The notes under the pieces: generated by a model | Databases searched by the model: none | Told to the model about the DNA's origin: nothing | Seen by the model: the letters and a program-made list of their open reading frames with translations, nothing else | Source of the DNA: Bdellovibrionota bacterium | GTDB taxonomy: Bacteria; Bdellovibrionota; UBA1018; CAIPTA01; JAALKR01 | Reading direction: 5' to 3' | Length of the DNA stretch: 64,000 bases | NCBI GenBank assembly: GCA_965207455.1 | Contig: CBDBMJ010000001.1 | Location: 1,184,001 to 1,248,000 of the forward strand | Shown here: piece by piece, positions 62,264 to 64,000 of the stretch | Layout of the letters: every line of letters begins with the position of its first letter | Position numbering within the stretch: position 1 is the stretch's first letter | Position numbers and translations under genes: made by a program

Positions 62264-63830
62264 ACGTGCCGTTATTATGGGACAGAGACAAACCCAATAC
62301 CTCTAAGTTTTCCTTAGAAAATCGGAACTCCATATCTTGATCTTCTTTGGCTGGGTTAAATAGAAAAAGTGTTCTCTTATTCTTCTTCCTATCCCAAGAC
62401 ATGGTAATAGAGTGAACTTTGGAGCGATCCACCTCACACCATTGCTCCACATTGGCAATGGATAGTAGACGGTCGCCCAGAGAGTTCATGTCCTCCTTGC
62501 TATCTTCTATTTGGTTGATGACCACAATATTTCCTCCACTGGGAAACATGGCCACTTCATAGTGCCAACCATGGTGAACTTGAAATCTTTCCAAAGAATC
62601 AAAATACCTCTGAGAATAATCAGCAAGGGAAGAACGAAAAATAGTTATGCTAAGAACCCCCTGCCTTGCCATTTTCAATAGATGGAGAAACTCTTTGTGA
62701 TCTAAAGCAAGGGCTTCTTCGATAATCAATAGACGGGCTTGCTGCCATTCCTGTCGGTCAATGTCTGCTAGGTGGGTATGCATTTGTAGAGCAGTGGCAA
62801 CTTTCTTCTGTAATACCTGAGAAATCTGTGCAGGAGCAAATCGGTTTTGCACAATAGAAATCACGGGGCGGTCGTAAGCAAAATCTTCTTGGGAAAGTGC
62901 TTGGATAAGCTCAGAAATGTCTTCTCTTAACTCCATGGGACACGCAAGATAATCCGTTGCTGTTATCCATACGTCGGAAAATAGGGTAATCGCTGTGCGA
63001 ATAAGAAAGGCTTTTTCCTCTGGAGAAACTTCCATCATATCCTCAAACCATACCGCATTGGAATGCACCCGCGCCTGATACATTTTTGCAAACATATCCT
63101 CACAGGGCATTCCCCCTCCACTGATTTCGTCCATTAGTCGATCTAGGGACACTCCTCGCATGAAAAAGCGATTATGGGAAATTTTCACCTCAGACCTGTT
63201 TCCAAAATGGTTTTCTAGGAAATCCAAGGCGCGCATACGAAAAATATACTCAGACTTGGCTGGCTTCCAATTGCGAACACTCTCCAGCTCAGATTGAAAA
63301 TACCGGGAGGAAAAATCTCCATGATCTTTTGGGTCAAAACCTAAATTAGAATAGTGTTTAAAAAAACTGTCACCCACCACAAACTCTATACGCGCATGAA
63401 TATCTTCATCCAATGCCTCTTCCACCTCCTGACACAAACGAAACAGAAAATGCCCGTATCGTTGAAACACAGGAGGAGCTACCAAGTTCACTAAAGGGAA
63501 AATATTTGGTGGTGCACAGGCATAGATGGGTTGCCCTGTGCAATCCTGAGCAATATGTTCATTTTTGCTTAAAAGGTCCGTGGGCACACCTCCATTCGGG
63601 TATTGAATGCCCACCTCTGGACTCACTCCGAGACGAATCGTCAACCCGAACCGAGTGGCTTGCTTTAAAAATACTTGTAGTAATTTATACCGATCTTTTT
63701 CCAAATGAGCCCAAGGCACCCAAGCCCCAACAAAACGACCGCCAGAGTTTTTTATGGCCTGTAGCAGGGGAGGGATTTTATGGGCATCCAAGTCCCAATA
63801 GCAAATCACTGGTGTTAATTTTAAGTCCAT
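62181..63830 (-). CDS. Hypothetical protein with a beta-galactosidase (GH35/42)-like N-terminus
   Basis: WVPWAHLE...FLKQA..FGL.I...NGGVP resembles the GH35 N-terminal motifs. Confidence 0.55.
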   Translation of the reverse strand: MDLKLTPVICYWDLDAHKIPPLLQAIKNSGGRFVGAWVPWAHLEKDRYKLLQVFLKQATRFGLTIRLGVSPEVGIQYPNGGVPTDLLSKNEHIAQDCTGQPIYACAPPNIFPLVNLVAPPVFQRYGHFLFRLCQEVEEALDEDIHARIEFVVGDSFFKHYSNLGFDPKDHGDFSSRYFQSELESVRNWKPAKSEYIFRMRALDFLENHFGNRSEVKISHNRFFMRGVSLDRLMDEISGGGMPCEDMFAKMYQARVHSNAVWFEDMMEVSPEEKAFLIRTAITLFSDVWITATDYLACPMELREDISELIQALSQEDFAYDRPVISIVQNRFAPAQISQVLQKKVATALQMHTHLADIDRQEWQQARLLIIEEALALDHKEFLHLLKMARQGVLSITIFRSSLADYSQRYFDSLERFQVHHGWHYEVAMFPSGGNIVVINQIEDSKEDMNSLGDRLLSIANVEQWCEVDRSKVHSITMSWDRKKNKRTLFLFNPAKEDQDMEFRFSKENLEVLGLSLSHNNGTYEGTLPPLSILPLQIQQQEDEHHGSAT

Positions 63831-63910
63831 ACCTCTTCCATGGTAGCATTATGGAGTGTTAAATGGAAAATCCTTGTTTTTTCTAAATGTATCCATCTAT
63901 AAGTAAAGTT

Positions 63911-64000
63911 ATGTGGTTTTTTAGTGAAGAGCAAAAAATACTCCAAAAATCTCTGCGCACCTTCAGCAATGATGCCTTGCGCCCATTTGCAGCAGCTGCA
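63911..64000 (+). CDS. Probable acyl-CoA dehydrogenase N-terminus (runs off window)
   Basis: MWFFSEEQKILQKSLRTFSNDALRPFAA. Confidence 0.55.
   Translation, partial: MWFFSEEQKILQKSLRTFSNDALRPFAAAA

Overview
Bacterial chromosomal segment, probably from a Bdellovibrionota-like deltaproteobacterial lineage (inferred from gene repertoire and order, not from a search). The backbone is housekeeping: purB (partial), kal-like, waaA, GT9, surE, lptD, accD, rsmI, ftsK, rpsB-tsf-pyrH-frr-uppS-cdsA-rseP-tsaB, a sigma-54 activator, UDG-nfeD-slipin, HtrA, two subtilases and mpg. There are three tRNAs (Arg-CCT, Val-GAC, Gln-TTG). An AT-rich patch of surface-protein genes lies at 28.7-33.5 kb, and an RCC1/Ig-like lipoprotein gene at 41-43.6 kb is broken by a 46-bp duplication. 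A ~10.7 kb integrative element sits in tRNA-Gln. It carries an integrase, Xis, a replication-relaxation-like protein, an MTase-Mrr fusion, an IS2-like element and two ThsB-like TIR genes, each preceded by the same small membrane-protein family (one copy decayed), with no thsA. The most unusual signal is a non-coding ~220-bp 'tRNA-tail' element found downstream of two different tRNAs: 1 copy plus a truncated one at Arg, and 3 tandem copies at Gln. The copies share a multi-hairpin core with compensatory changes. Each also has a tRNA 3' tail and an antisense T-arm segment that match its own host tRNA. All calls come from reading the sequence; no database searches were run.
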